A stretch of 64,000 nucleotides of DNA from Octopus sinensis (taxonomy: Eukaryota). The notes below the pieces were generated by a model that was not told the DNA's origin, ran no database searches, and worked only from the letters and a program-made list of their open reading frames with translations. A program made the translations under genes and the position numbers. Location: NCBI RefSeq assembly GCF_006345805.1, contig NC_043009.1, positions 41,168,001-41,232,000 of the forward strand. The letters are read 5' to 3'. Positions 12,877 to 26,210 of this stretch are shown here, piece after piece; the stretch's first letter is position 1; each line of letters begins with the position of its first letter.

Positions 12877-13199
12877 TACACACACAAACACATACATATG
12901 AATATTTATATATGACTATATGTGTGTGTGTATGTCTATGAAAACATATATACATATGCAAAAACATTATAAGAAAGAGAAAGAAAAAAGCAGAGAAAAA
13001 GAAAAAGAGAAGGAGAGAGAGAGAGAGAGAGAGAGAGAAGTACTTCAAGGTAACACACTGGTATTGAGAACACCTAGCTTTCAAACAAGATCACTAGCTA
13101 CATAATTGAATGTTTACCCAACTTAACAATCACTATCAGCTAGAATGGAACAGGTTTACAGGGTGGCCAAAATACATATATAATTGGGCACTGTGTGCG

Positions 13200-13248
13200 C
13201 AGTGTGTATAATTACATGTATACCTGTGAGTGGTGTATGTGCATGTAT

Positions 13249-13282
<34 letters not shown>

Positions 13283-13353
13283 ATATATATACACATATAC
13301 ATATATATATATATACATATATATATACACACATATATATACACATATATATA

Positions 13354-13398
<45 letters not shown>

Positions 13399-13419
13399 TA
13401 TATACACACACATATATAT

Positions 13420-13474
<55 letters not shown>

Positions 13475-13512
13475 ACATATATACATATATATATATACAA
13501 ACACACACACAA
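13200..13512. repeat. (AT)n/(AC)n compound microsatellite
   Basis: Directly visible. Confidence 0.95.
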
Positions 13513-13934
13513 TTAAAATAATCTGACCAAGATATTTTATGTACTCTGGACATTAGGCTATACTTTATAAAAAATGTTCTTTTCTTTTTCTTCATTTGTT
13601 TTACCTTTACATCTCTCCCTTGTCTCTGTAACCTTTTTATGGTGGTGCCTACCTCAAAAAGAATGTGGTTAGAAAACAAAACAAAGACAAGACAAGACAC
13701 TAAGAAGACAAACAAAACAGAACAAAGAAAAAAAATGACAAAAAAAATTAAAGGTGAAAAGAACCTTCCCCCCCCCCAAAAAAAAAAAATAAATAATAAG
13801 TATCTTTATCACCTGAGTTGACAAGTGTGAGTAAACTATTTATTGACACAAACTACTACTGCTTAAAGAAACTTGCGTACATACATTGGAATACGTTTAT
13901 GAAATAGTATCCGCCTTGCATGAGTGTGTGAGGG

Positions 13935-13974
<40 letters not shown>

Positions 13975-13979
13975 GATAT

Positions 13980-14010
<31 letters not shown>

Positions 14011-14157
14011 GTATATGTATATATATATGTTGCAAAACATGTATACAACAATTAAAATAAATATGTGAGTATAAGAGTATACATAATTAAACTGTGGACA
14101 AACATGTTTGTATCTGAATGTGTGTGTATCAGTGGACATGTGTGTGTGTGTATATAT

Positions 14158-14262
<105 letters not shown>

Positions 14263-14313
14263 AATTATTTCATTCATTCAATTTATGTCTATTTTCCATG
14301 CTACAATGACGTA

Positions 14314-15478
14314 CAGGGTGTGATGGGTAAATTGTTGCCATTTTATATTTTCAATTTCGTGCAAGTACATTGCTTGTTTCAGATTTTGTCAACTACACAG
14401 TATAGTAGGGTCAGTTGGGCACCATCTGTGAGAAAAACAACACCATGATGCAATTCTCTCAACCAGAAATTTGGAAACGACATGCTGTATTGCTTGGCAT
14501 TCATGCCAGAAGCTCCAGTGTGTATATTACAGACCGCTTGGGTGTCAATCTGAGGACGGTGCAGAGGATTCAGTATCAGTTGAATGTGTCTGATGGTGAT
14601 TACGATGGTATGGCAGCTTGGAAAACTCACTCTGATTGTTCTGATAAAAAAAGAACTCTTGAATTTGTAGGTGGGATCCAGGCCATGATTCACAACGATC
14701 CCTCCAAGTCAATTAGCTCCATCACCAAGGACATGAGAGTGTCAGAGTTTCTTATCAGGCAGGTACCGCATGAAGACATTCCGTATTCGTCATACAAGTT
14801 GGGAAAGAACCAATTTTTATTCCAAGCCATCAAGGACAAGAGGAAAGATCACACTACAAAGCTTTTGAAGAAACTGAAGCATCCTCTCCAACCGAACATG
14901 CTTTGGTTTTTCTCAGACAGGAAAACTTTCTGCCAGGATCAGATGGTGAACACCCAGAACAACTGCTGGCTTGCTGTGTACCCAAAACATGTACTGAGAG
15001 AGATAAAAGTCAAACATGCAGTTAACATCATACTGTTTGGAGTGATCACTAGTGATGGCAATGTTATGCTGCTTTCATCTTCCCACACTGCCTCAGACTC
15101 ATCAAGTGTCTGGAGAAGGTAGTGTTGCCCTGAGTTAAGAGGGTGGCTGCTGAAAGACCCTATGTCTGGCAACTGGACTCTGCACCCTTACCATACAAGC
15201 AGGAAACCCAGTCATGGCTGTCAGACAATTTCTGCAACCACATCACCCCTAACATCTGGCCATGTAACTTCCCAGACTGCAAACCCCTTGATTATAATGT
15301 ATGGGGCACAGTTGAGAGAGAGGCCAACAAAACTCCTTGTAACACCAAAGATGAATTGAAAGCAAGGATTATGACAGCATTCACCAACTTAAACAAGGAG
15401 ACCATCCAGAATAGTTGCAGGAGATTTCGAAGCCATCTGGAGGCCGTGGCTGAAACCAATGGTGATTTTATTGAATAA
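14314..15478 (+). mobile_element. Tc1/mariner DD37D (maT-type) transposon, degenerate near full-length transposase, left TIR only
   Basis: TA followed by CAGGGTGTGATGGGTAAATTG left end; ORFs 14415-15122 and 15143-15478 give WFFSD, FGVITSDG, QLDSAP, WP.N.PDC.PLDY; 37 residues between the 2nd and 3rd Asp; small deletion near 15101 causes a frameshift. Confidence 0.9.
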
Positions 15479-15480
15479 AC

Positions 15481-15621
15481 TCTGTGTTGAGTCTGAGGCC
15501 ATGTTGGAAGATAAATGGAGGCATAACATCGCCATCACTAGTGATCACTCCAAACACTACGATGTTGACTGGATGTTTGATTTTTATCACTCTCAGTACA
15601 TGTCCTGAGATTGACACCCAG
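15481..15621 (-). mobile_element. Inverted, internally deleted fragment of the same DD37D transposon family
   Basis: Reverse complement aligns to 14988-15101 (reads IKIKHPVNIVVFGVITSDGDVMPPFIFQHGLRLNT) joined to a match of 14539-14556. Confidence 0.85.
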
Positions 15622-16078
15622 TGTAGCATGCATCAGTCATTTACGGCCATGCTGGAGCACCACCTTGACGGACTTATTTTTTAAGCCAAGAATTTATTTT
15701 ATCAGTCTCTTTTGCCAAACTGCTAAGTTATGGGCATGTAAACACATCAACACCAGTCGCCAGGCAGTGATGGGATGACAAAGACAGACAGAAAGACACA
15801 CACACACATAGATACATCCATGCATGTATGTATATACGTATTTATGCATGTATATATCTGTGTGTGCATCTTTCTGCTTGTCTTTGTCACCTCATCACCA
15901 CCTGACAGCTGGCATTGGTATGGTTACACCTCTGTAACTTAGCAGTTTGGCAAAAGTGACTGACAGAATAAGTACAACGCTTAAGAAATAAGTCCTGGAG
16001 TCTATATGTTTGACTAAAAACCCTCCAAGGTGGTGCTCCAGCATGGCCGCAAATGACAAACAAATAAAAGAATTAAAA
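15620..16078. mobile_element. Two family B SINE 3' halves in opposite orientation separated by a microsatellite
   Basis: GGCCATGCTGGAGCACCACC (minus strand tail) at about 15645; GGTGGTGCTCCAGCATGGCCGC (plus strand tail) at about 16030. Confidence 0.75.
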
Positions 16079-16922
16079 AATATACACACACACACACACA
16101 GATAAACACATGTATGTCTCTCTCTATATATATATGTCATGTGTTTGTTGAAGTTAGAGAGGAAGGAATAGATGTATTTGTCAGTTTGTTTCACAGATAC
16201 AGACAAAATGTAAACTTGTATCAGACTGCGTGCTTGTATGAGTATGTGCGTGCACATGCACTTGTCTGTATGTGTGAGTGTGTGTGCAAGTGTATGCTTC
16301 ACTGTGTGTATTATGTAAATGAGGAAAAATGCAGCAAAGTTAACAGGAAGAGGTAGGGAGAGGACGTCAGGAGGAGGAGCTATAAATTATGGTGAAGTTA
16401 ATAATTAACGAAGACAACTTTCATCATGAAGATGGTTTATGTGCAAGCCGCAGAGTGTATGTGAGTCAGTGTGCACGCATTTAGCATGTGTGTATAATTC
16501 ACAAAAAGACGTGTAGAAAACAAACACAGAATCATACACTAAACACACAGACGAATCAACAAAAACATAAAATGACGACAATGACAAATGAACACTGATA
16601 CATATGTACATATATATATGTATATGTATGTATGTATGTATGTATGTATATCAATGTACATATATTTATATATTCATACACATATGTACGAACTTAATTA
16701 AACAATATGTATATATGCATGTGTGTGTGTGTATAACATACATTAACAGGTTTAATATCTGTCTATATATATATATAGACAAATATAAGTGTGTATATAT
16801 ATATATGCACATACAGATGATCCTGTGTATAATGTAGATTTTAAAAAGTGCCTTTATGTTTGTATGTGTTATATGTTTGTGTGTATATAAATGTGTATGT
16901 ATGTGTACACACACACACACAC

Positions 16923-16960
<38 letters not shown>

Positions 16961-17589
16961 GCTTGGTAACACAAAGTTTTAAGCAGCTGGCTAACGAAGT
17001 GGGTGGGGCAAATAAATAAGTGAGGTGGGGGTAGGAATGAAAAGCTAGAAGAGTTAATGAAAAATGAAAATGAGTGAGACAGACGGGGGTGGGGGTGGAG
17101 ATAGAGAAAATGATAGGTAGGTGGTGACCACAAGAAAAAGAAAACAGAAAGAAAATTAGTGGGAGAGAGAGAGAGAGAGAGAAAGAGAGACAGACAGAGT
17201 GTTATAAATGGTAGATATGAAAGATAGAGCTAGAGATAGATAGATAGATAGATAGAGAATGTGTGATAGAGATAAAGGCTAGAAACTAGATAAAGAGAAA
17301 CAGAGAGGAAGAAAGATGCAGAAAGAGATTCTGGAGGTGGTAGGTGGTGGTGGTGGTGGTGGTAGGTGGTGGTGGTGAGGGTGGTGAAGGATAGAAACAT
17401 GAAAGAAGAGTTAGCTGTAAAGTTATGTGTGAGAAGAATAATGGGGGGAAATTGATAAAAGATATAATAAAGACGAAGTGGCTTTAGGTGAGATGAATTG
17501 GTAAATAGGGGGTGGGGGGATGAGGGTGGGTGGGGAGAAGAGATGAGTAGGGCATACAAGAGCACCCGGGTGCATGGGGTACGTGGCTT

Positions 17590-18240
17590 TGCAGACAAGT
17601 TGGTAGACAAGGAATGTGGGTTGGTAGACAGGAGTGGTGGGTTCATAGATGAAGTGAGTTGATAGAGAAGGGAGGTGGGTTGTTAGGAGGGACAATGGTA
17701 GACAAGGGAGGTGAGTTGATAGAGAAGGGGGTAGGTTAGTAGAATGAGGGGCATTGGTAGACAAGGGAGGTAGGTTGATAGACAAAAGAGGTGGGTAGGA
17801 GGGGCATTGATAGACAAGGGAGGTGGGTTGGTAGACAAGGGAGGCAAGCTGGTAGACCAGGGAGATGGGCTGGTAGACAAGGGAGGTGGGCTGGTAGACA
17901 AGGGAGGTGGGCTGATAGACAAGTGAGGTGGCTTGATAGTCAAGGGAAGTGGGCTGGTAGACACAGGAAGTGGCTTGGTAGACAAAGGACGTGGGTTGGT
18001 AGACACAGGAGGTAGGCTGGTAGAGAAGGAGGGTGGATGGATAGATGAGGAGGAATGGTAGACAAGATGTGACTTAGTGGACAAGATAGAAAGATTGACT
18101 GACAAAGTAGGTGGGTTGGTAGACAGGGTAGGTGGGATGGTAGACAGGATAGGTGGGTTGGTAGACAGGGTAGGTAGGTTGGTAGACAGGGTAGGTGGGT
18201 TGGTAGACAAGGTAGACAGGTTGGTAGACCCAGTTGTATA
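17590..18240 (+). repeat. G-rich ~21-bp minisatellite (GGGAGGTGGGYTGGTAGACAA)n
   Basis: Recurrent GGTAGACA core at ~21-bp spacing; minus-strand translation gives the 7-aa repeat STNPPTL. Confidence 0.85.
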
Positions 18241-19514
18241 GGTTAATAGAGGAGGCAGGTGGGTTGCTAGACTAGGTAGGTGAGTAATTATGCATATAAA
18301 GATGTTGGGTAGGTAGGTAGGGTTGGTGGGTTATACAGTTAGATATGAAAGATGGGTAACTAGCTAAATGGGTTGGGAGCAGGAAGTGCTTATAGGTAGC
18401 CATAGGTAGGCAGGTAGCTTGGGATACTATGTAGATGGGTACAAAGGTAGGGTAGATAGGGTAAATAGTTGGGCACATGGAAACACAGGCAGGTAGATGG
18501 GTAGGCATTTAGGATACATTGGTGGATAGAAAGGGGAGTTAGGTGAGTAGGTAGGTATGTGATTGAATAGGCAGGTGGGTGCATGTTAGTTGGTATGCTA
18601 AGATAGGTAAGTATGTAGATGGATGAATGGGTAGGAAAGTGGGTAGGTTAGTAGGTGGGCTAAGGTGGGTATGAAGGTAGGTAGATGAGTGGGTGGGTAG
18701 ATGGGCAGGTTATAAGTAAAATCCAAGAGAAAAAAATTCTGGAAGAACCGTGTAAAGGATGTACAATTGCGTGTGTATGCCTGTAAAGGTGAAAAAGAGG
18801 TGAAGAAAAAGTGTGGGTGGGTACAAAGGAGATACGGAGAGGGGAAGAGAGTATGAGGGAGAGAGGAATGTGATAGTAAAAGTCAAGTTGAGGAGAGTAT
18901 ACATGTGTGAGACAGAGAGAGAGTGTGTGTGAGTGAGTGTGTGTGTGTGTGTTAGGGTGCAGAAGGAAGAAAAAAGAAGAGTAGAGTATGATAGTGAAGG
19001 AGAGGAGATATAAAGGAGAGAAAGAGAGAGAGTGTGTGTGTGTTATGTTGAGTGTGTGGGAGAGAGAAAGAGAGAGAAAAAGAGAGAAGGTGGTAGAAGG
19101 GAAACAGTGAGAAGGGGAGGAGTGGGAGGGAAAAAGAGAAAGACAAGTGTGACAAAGGGATGATGATTATTTTACATAGAGTGGAAGGAAGAGAAGAGTG
19201 AGAGGCATTTCCACAAGGAAAACAACAAAATAGGTGTGAAATAATTTTTCAGATCAGAGAAAAGGTGAAAAGAGGAGGAGGTGATGTGTTTGATAGCAAT
19301 AGGAGGAGGTTAGAGATAAGCAGATAGGTAGGTAGATAGAAAGATATATATATATAGAGAGAGAGAGGGGGAGAGACAGACAGATAGACAAAGAGAGAGA
19401 GAGATAGTGAGATACATAGAGACAGACAGATAGATAGATAGATAGATAGATAGTTGTGCATACAAACACATACATACACACAGAGGTCTGTATGTGTGTC
19501 CCTATAAATAAATG

Positions 19515-19547
<33 letters not shown>

Positions 19548-19594
19548 GTACGTGTATGTGTATGAATGGATATGTTTATAGATATATTGTATCT

Positions 19595-19626
<32 letters not shown>

Positions 19627-20086
19627 GTGTGTGCGTATATGTGGATATATATATATATATATATAAATATTGTGTGTGTGTTTATATGTGTGCATATATA
19701 TATATATGTATATATGAACATATGCATATATATATATGTGTGTGTATTCTGTAGGTAAAGAGGAAAGGATAGGAAATGCATCTGAGTGAGTGCTGTGCAA
19801 GACTAAAGGAACAGAAAACAAAGAATACACACACACAGATATAGACACATAATATATACATACATACTAAGAGACTGGAAAAAAAATGAACGAAATGAGT
19901 GTTTGGATGCATGTATGTGTAAATATTGAAATGCGTGTATACATGCATGTGTGTGAAGAAGTAAACAATGAGGTGGTGGGTGGGGTGAGAGGAGATATTT
20001 AGAAACATCACTAAGCTAAAGGAGAAGTTATGAAATATGTGTGTGTGTATACGTAATATATTACAATATATATATATATATAATAT

Positions 20087-21235
20087 GGAATTTGTATCTG
20101 TTGTGGTACCAGTACCGGTGGCACCCAAGAAAACCATCCGAACGTGGCCGTAGCCAGTACCGCATCGACTGGCCTCTGGTGATGTGGGCACATAACAAAC
20201 ACATCCGATCGTGGCGTCCGCCAGCTCATCGGCACCTGTGTCGGTGGCACATAAAAACACCAACGAAGCCCCGGCAAGACTAGTCAGGCCATAACTCGTG
20301 GCCCCTACTTGGGACGTAGTCAGTCCACCTGTGGCATACCTTCCTTCCTCTTGTGACATTGTGAAGACCTGGGAAGACTGTTGAGGCAGTGAAAATCAAA
20401 TCAAATCAGATTCAAAATAGATGAACATCAAGGAATTTGTATCTTGTGTGGTACCAGTGCCGGTGGCAACAAGAAAACCATCCGAACGTGGCCGTAGCGT
20501 ACCGCGTCGACTGGCCTCCGTGCTGTGGGCACGCAACAAAGACATCCGATCGTGGAGTTTCGCACAGCCTCATCATGGCAACCTGTGCGGTGGCACATAA
20601 AAAAACACCATCCGAAGACCCGGCAAGACTAGTCAGGCATAACCCGTGGCCCCTACTGGGACGTAGTCAGTCCACTGTGCATACCTTCCTTCTTGTGACA
20701 CTGTGAAAGACCGTGGGCAGTGAAAATCAAATCAAATCAAACAAATCAAATCAGGTGACAGGCATCAAATGGAATTGGTTCTTTGATACTGGTACCAGTG
20801 CCGGTGGTGGTACCAGTGCCGGTGGCACACAAGAAAATCATCCGAACGTGGCCGTAGCCTCGTACCGCATAGACTGGCCTCCGTGCTTTGGGGAGTAACA
20901 AACACATCGATCGTGGCCGTCCGCCAGCATCACGGCACCTGTGCGGTGGCACATAAAAACACCATCCGAGCGTGGCCGTCTGCCAGATAGTCTCGCACCT
21001 GTGTTCGGTGGCACATAAAAACCCTCCGAGCGTGGCCGTTCGCCAGCCTCGTCTGGCACCGTGTGTCGGTGGCACAAAAATCACCCACTACACTCTCAGA
21101 GTGTTGGCGTTAGGAAGGGCATCCAGCTGTAGAAACATGCCAGATCTGACTGGCCTGGTTGCAGCTTTCGGGCTCCCAGACCCCAGTTGAACCGTCCAAC
21201 CCATGCTAGCATGGAAAAGGACGCTAATGATGATG
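20087..21235 (+). mobile_element. RTE LINE 3'UTR with ~340-bp segment present three times in tandem
   Basis: GGAATT unit starts at 20087, 20432, 20771; terminates CATGCTAGCATGGAAAAGGACGCTAATGATGATGAT. Confidence 0.85.
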
Positions 21236-21985
21236 ATATTATATATAAGATATATATATATATATATATCATACATATACACACATTCTTTTATTCTGTT
21301 ATTTCTTTCAGTCATGAGACTGTGGGTATGCTGGGGCACCGCCTTGATATACACAAAAACACACATACACACACACACACATATATATATGTATGTATAC
21401 AGATATATGTATTTATATATATATGGTTAGATATATCACCAAATGCAGGCGTAGTCAAGCGGCGAGTAGACACACACATAATCCAAAATTATGAAAATTG
21501 ACTAAAGGCAAAGGAGGGGGTCAGAAGATGAATGAAAGGCAAAGAATGAAAAGAAGACACACAAAAAAAACAACTTCTCACCCCCCCAAAAACCCCCCTA
21601 AAAAACATACTCAAAGTGGGAGGTTATAAGAAAAGGAGAATAGAATATATAATGGGTGGGTGGGATTGAAGATATGTTGAGAAGGAAAAAGTGATGGGAG
21701 GAGGGGACATCCGATGAAAAGTGAAAGGTAAGGTAAGATGAATGAAAAGGGACAAGAAAAAAAAAAGGTGGGGGTGAAGCTCAGAGAGGTTTTCCAGAGA
21801 ATGAAATTAACCTATTAAAGACCTTGAAAGTATCTGAAGTCTGCAAGAGAATGGGTTTTGTCTTTGATTTCTGTGTTAGAGGGGGTTAGTTTTAAATCTG
21901 TATTTGCAGGTTCAATTTCTTCTCATTATTGATCGTGCAAACATATATGGATGTATGGATGTATATATGTATAAGACACATCTGT

Positions 21986-22315
21986 GAAGGCACAGGGCTC
22001 AATGGTTTGAGTGTCGGATTCAATCATGAGGTAATGAGTTCGATTCACAGACCAGGCTGTGTGTTGTGTTCTTGAGCAAGGTATTTCATTTCACATTGCT
22101 CCAGTTCATTCAGCTGTGGAAATAAGTTGCTACGTTGCAGGTGCCAACATATATTGGCCTTTGCCTTCCCTTTGGACCACATCGGTGGCACGGAGAGGAG
22201 AGGCTAGTATGCATGGCCGACTGCTGGTCTTCCATAAACAACTTTACCTGGACTTCTGCCTTGGAGGGGAACTTTCTTGGTGCAATCTTATGATCATTCA
22301 TGACTGAAGGGGGTC
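21986..22315 (+). mobile_element. tRNA-headed SINE, family C-related, full length
   Basis: GGCTCAATGGTTTGAGTG A-box region, GAGTTCGATTC B-box; tail CATTCATGACTGAAGGGGGTC; reverse copy at 50573-51122. Confidence 0.8.
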
Positions 22316-23538
22316 CATGTATGAGTGTGTGTACATATGTGTGAGTGTAATATATTCATATATATATATATATCATGGAGAGCCTCACCAGGCTCCCCTT
22401 CCTAACAGCAACCATTTTACAGAAGGTACAAGGTGCTTTGTCCTCCTGACTGAAGTTCGTTTGTTGGGTGAGATTTGAAAATGCATGGTAAATATACCAA
22501 TATCAATCAAAGTTGCTCAATCAGCTAGAAATAACAGCCAAATCTCCCTTGCAACTTGAAAAAAGTACAACACACAAAGACATATTGGACAATGCTACAC
22601 AAAAGAACTGGATGGTCATGGATAAAACACCTCTGATCACAGATGTGCTCAGTTTGAGTTCACTTAAGGTAAGGACACCACTGTCAATGTTTCGTATTTC
22701 ACTGTACACGATAATGACAATGATAATGACAATGACAACAACGATGATAATGATAATGGTTTTTTTACAACATTTTCTGTATAAGAATCTAGATCAACAG
22801 AATGGCCTGCTTGATGGACTAGAAAGTGAAATGGCTGAATATTCCTTAGACACATGTAGCTTTAATGTAATTCTCAGATAGAAACAGTATGACACTGAAT
22901 CTGGACCTTAGAATTACAGGTGCAAAAGAGAAAAAAAGACATTAAAAATTTGAACTAGATTTCAACTCAGAACCAATGAGTTTGTGATCTAGGTCCTGAT
23001 ACATTTAAGTGCTCTGTTTACTGAAGACGGATGCCTATGGACAACAGGAGAGAGGAAGATATTTGATGAGGGAAGGGTAGGCTGAAATAATGGATAAAGA
23101 GGGCAGGATCATAGTGAATGGGGAGTAGCATAAAATTGATATGACAAGAGAGAGACTAAAATATTGTCTCCTGGCACCAAGGAAGCAGAGGATGAGATAA
23201 AGAGATTAGGTGAGAAAGATAAGCAGAAGGCATGGAAGGGGAGTGATGTGGAGATGTATGTATGTATAGTTGTCATCACAAAAGACAGATAGACCAGCAG
23301 ACAGACAGACAGATTGATAGGATTAGTAAAAGATATGACTACTGATGTACAGGAGAAAGTGTATGTGAAAGAAAAGGACATAGAGAGGAGAGAGAGAGAC
23401 AGACAGACAGACAAATAGACAGTGATCAGACAGATAGAGAGACTCAAAGATAAGATAGATATTAAGGAATACAGAAGATATGAATATTAATGGGGAAAAG
23501 GGAATGATAGCTAGGGAGGGGTAAATGGTTTTCTATTG

Positions 23539-23560
23539 AGAGAGAGAGAGAGAGAGAGAG

Positions 23561-23606
<46 letters not shown>

Positions 23607-23607
23607 C

Positions 23608-23638
<31 letters not shown>

Positions 23639-23681
23639 GACAGACAGTCAGATAGATAGATAGATAGAGATATAGAGAGAC

Positions 23682-23748
<67 letters not shown>

Positions 23749-23789
23749 AAGATAGATGATAGAGATATAGAGACACAGATAGATAGATG

Positions 23790-23844
<55 letters not shown>

Positions 23845-23950
23845 CACAGATAGATAGATGATAGAGAGACAGATAGATAGCCAACAGACAGACAGATAGA
23901 TATGAAATTGGATAGATGGATGGCTGGGTGGATGGATGGATAGACAGACA
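23539..23950. repeat. (AG)n/(AGAT)n/(AGAC)n microsatellite array
   Basis: Directly visible; source of the SIYL pseudo-ORFs. Confidence 0.95.
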
Positions 23951-24177
23951 GATAAGAATATACAATGGCAGATGGGATCAATGACTGGCAAACTAACAAG
24001 ATAATCAAATGGAGATTAGAATTTAACAGTGGTGGAGTAAGGGTGAGAACAGACAGGATGAGGGATGGGGTGGTTTGTGCTGACAGATAAGTAAATACTC
24101 AGAGATGTCAAAGTACGGCTGTATCTGGAGACAGGTTATCATTCATATATATATATATTAACTGACATATATGAGTG

Positions 24178-24218
<41 letters not shown>

Positions 24219-24428
24219 GCACTCCGTCGGTTATGATGACGAGGGATCCAGTTGATCAGATCAATGGAACAGCCTGCTTGTGAATTAATGTGCAAGTGGC
24301 TGTGTACTCCACAGACACATGTACCCTTAAATGTAAAACACCACCTCAGTAGTAACTTATTCAGAACAACCCTTGCATAGTTGAAAGAAACAGTCATAAC
24401 AACAAATGAGCCTATATATATATATATA

Positions 24429-24642
24429 TGATGGGGTGCTGAAAAGTTCCTTAGGGTATTGAAAAAAGGCCCACCTGGAGGCCCAACTTTCTGAGTTCTT
24501 TTACAAGGCTCAGAAAAAACTGAAGGACTGCTTCAATAAGTGTGTGAATCTGGGAGGGGAAAATATTGACTAAAATCATTATCAACTGATCCTCTTGTAT
24601 TTTCCTTTACCTAAAACCAGAAAATAAAACAGCACCCCCTTG
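24429..24642 (+). mobile_element. mariner-derived MITE
   Basis: Ends GGGGTGCTGAAAAG / CAGCACCCC after TA; interior encodes decayed transposase C-terminus (FYKAQKKLKDCFNKCVNLGGENID*). Confidence 0.7.
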
Positions 24643-25157
24643 CAGAGTACAGTGTGGCACCCACATAAGTGGCAGACTGTAAAAAGAGGAGTAAGCCTCT
24701 CATGCCAGGGGAAGATGTTGGAGGCGTCCTAGACTAATGGCTTCAAGGTTATTGTGGCTAAGTGGAACACCTATACCATTAGACAATGGTCAGGCATCAA
24801 CTAGCAAGCAAGTTGCTACTGCAGAGCAGCCCCATCATCTATCTTACTTGTTGTACTCTTATACACCACTTGGTAACTGGCATGAAGACACAGAGAAGCA
24901 GTTTGGTGGGGAGATGATGTCAACTGTTTTTCTTCTTCTCCTGAATAGTAATATATGGAGAGAAACATATATATCACCATCATCATTACTTAGTGTCCAT
25001 TTTCCATGCTGGTATGGGATAAACTAAGACTAGTAAGCCAGTGAAATGTACCAGGCTCCAGTCTGATTTGGCTTGGTTTCTACAGCTGAATGCCCTTCCT
25101 AACGCAAACCAAATCAAGAGCATAGAGGGCGCCTTTTACATATATACATATATATGT

Positions 25158-25400
25158 GAGGACACGTGGTCAAGTGGTTAGGGTGTTACACACATGATCC
25201 TGAGATCGTAGTTTCAATTCCTAGACTGGGTGGTGTGTTTTGTTCTTGAACAAAACACTTCGTCTCATATTGCTCTACAATAATTTCAACATCTGACGCG
25301 TGGTTCACTGTGCGCCTGTTTAGGCAATGTTGATTTGAAGGAGGGAGTGAGCTAATGTACAACACATACATTTGATCACTATAAACAAAATCATTTGTGC
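25158..25400 (+). mobile_element. tRNA-headed SINE, family C-related, diverged
   Basis: GTGGTCAAGTGGTTAGGG A-box region, GTTTCAATTCC B-box, GTGTTTTGTTCTTGAACAAAACAC core. Confidence 0.7.
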
Positions 25401-25484
25401 AGCTAATCTCATGGAGCTAATAAGCGGACAGCTTTTTTCTTATTTTTATAAGAATGCCATATTAGTATGGCGATAACTATAATA

Positions 25485-25516
<32 letters not shown>

Positions 25517-25800
25517 CATCATCATCATCGTTTAACATCCGCTTTCCATGCTAGCAAGGGTTGGACGATTTGACTGAGGCCTGGCGAACCAGATGGTTGC
25601 ACCAGACTCCAATCTGATCTGGCAGAGTTTCTACAGCTGGATGTCCTTCTTAACACCAGCCACTCCGAGAGGGTAGTGGGTGCAGTTACATGCCACCGGC
25701 ACAAGGGCCAGTCAGGCGGTACTGGCAACAGCCATGCTCAGATGGTGCTTGTTATGTGCCACCTGCACAGGGACCAGTCCAGCGGCACTGGCAATGACCT
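25517..25800 (-). mobile_element. RTE LINE 3'UTR fragment
   Basis: CATCATCATCGTTTAACATCCGCTTTCCATGCTAGC start; same family as 5549-5985. Confidence 0.8.
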
Positions 25801-25807
25801 CACTCAA

Positions 25808-25856
<49 letters not shown>

Positions 25857-26166
25857 AAAGAATTATGGAGAAAAAACCCTACAGAAATGGCTAAGTGTGG
25901 GTAACTGTGAGCATGAAAATGTGTGTGTGAATATGTGTATGTAAATGTGAGAGTGAACCCTTTTCTTGACATCATCATGTGATGGCTGTATATTTGTGAT
26001 GGTGTTTGTTTCCTGTTTTAGTTGAAAACATCTGACCTGGGGAAATATCACCTTGCTAGGAAACAGGTGAGGTTTGGCAACAGGAAGGGCATCCAGCCAC
26101 AGAAAATCTGACACAACAAATCCTGCCTGACCCATGCGTGGAAAAGTGTGTATGTGTGCATCTGTA

Positions 26167-26210
<44 letters not shown>

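Noticed and set aside
14415-15478. Functional or domesticated transposase
   Set aside because: Frameshifting deletion near 15101, substitutions in conserved motifs (SDEK to SDRK, WPPNSPD to WPCNFPD) and missing right TIR.
22513-22881. 122-aa ORF with non-microsatellite N-terminus
   Set aside because: First half resembles an interspersed repeat also seen near 60040-60130 and second half is an (ATG/ACA)-type low-complexity tract; no recognisable domain.
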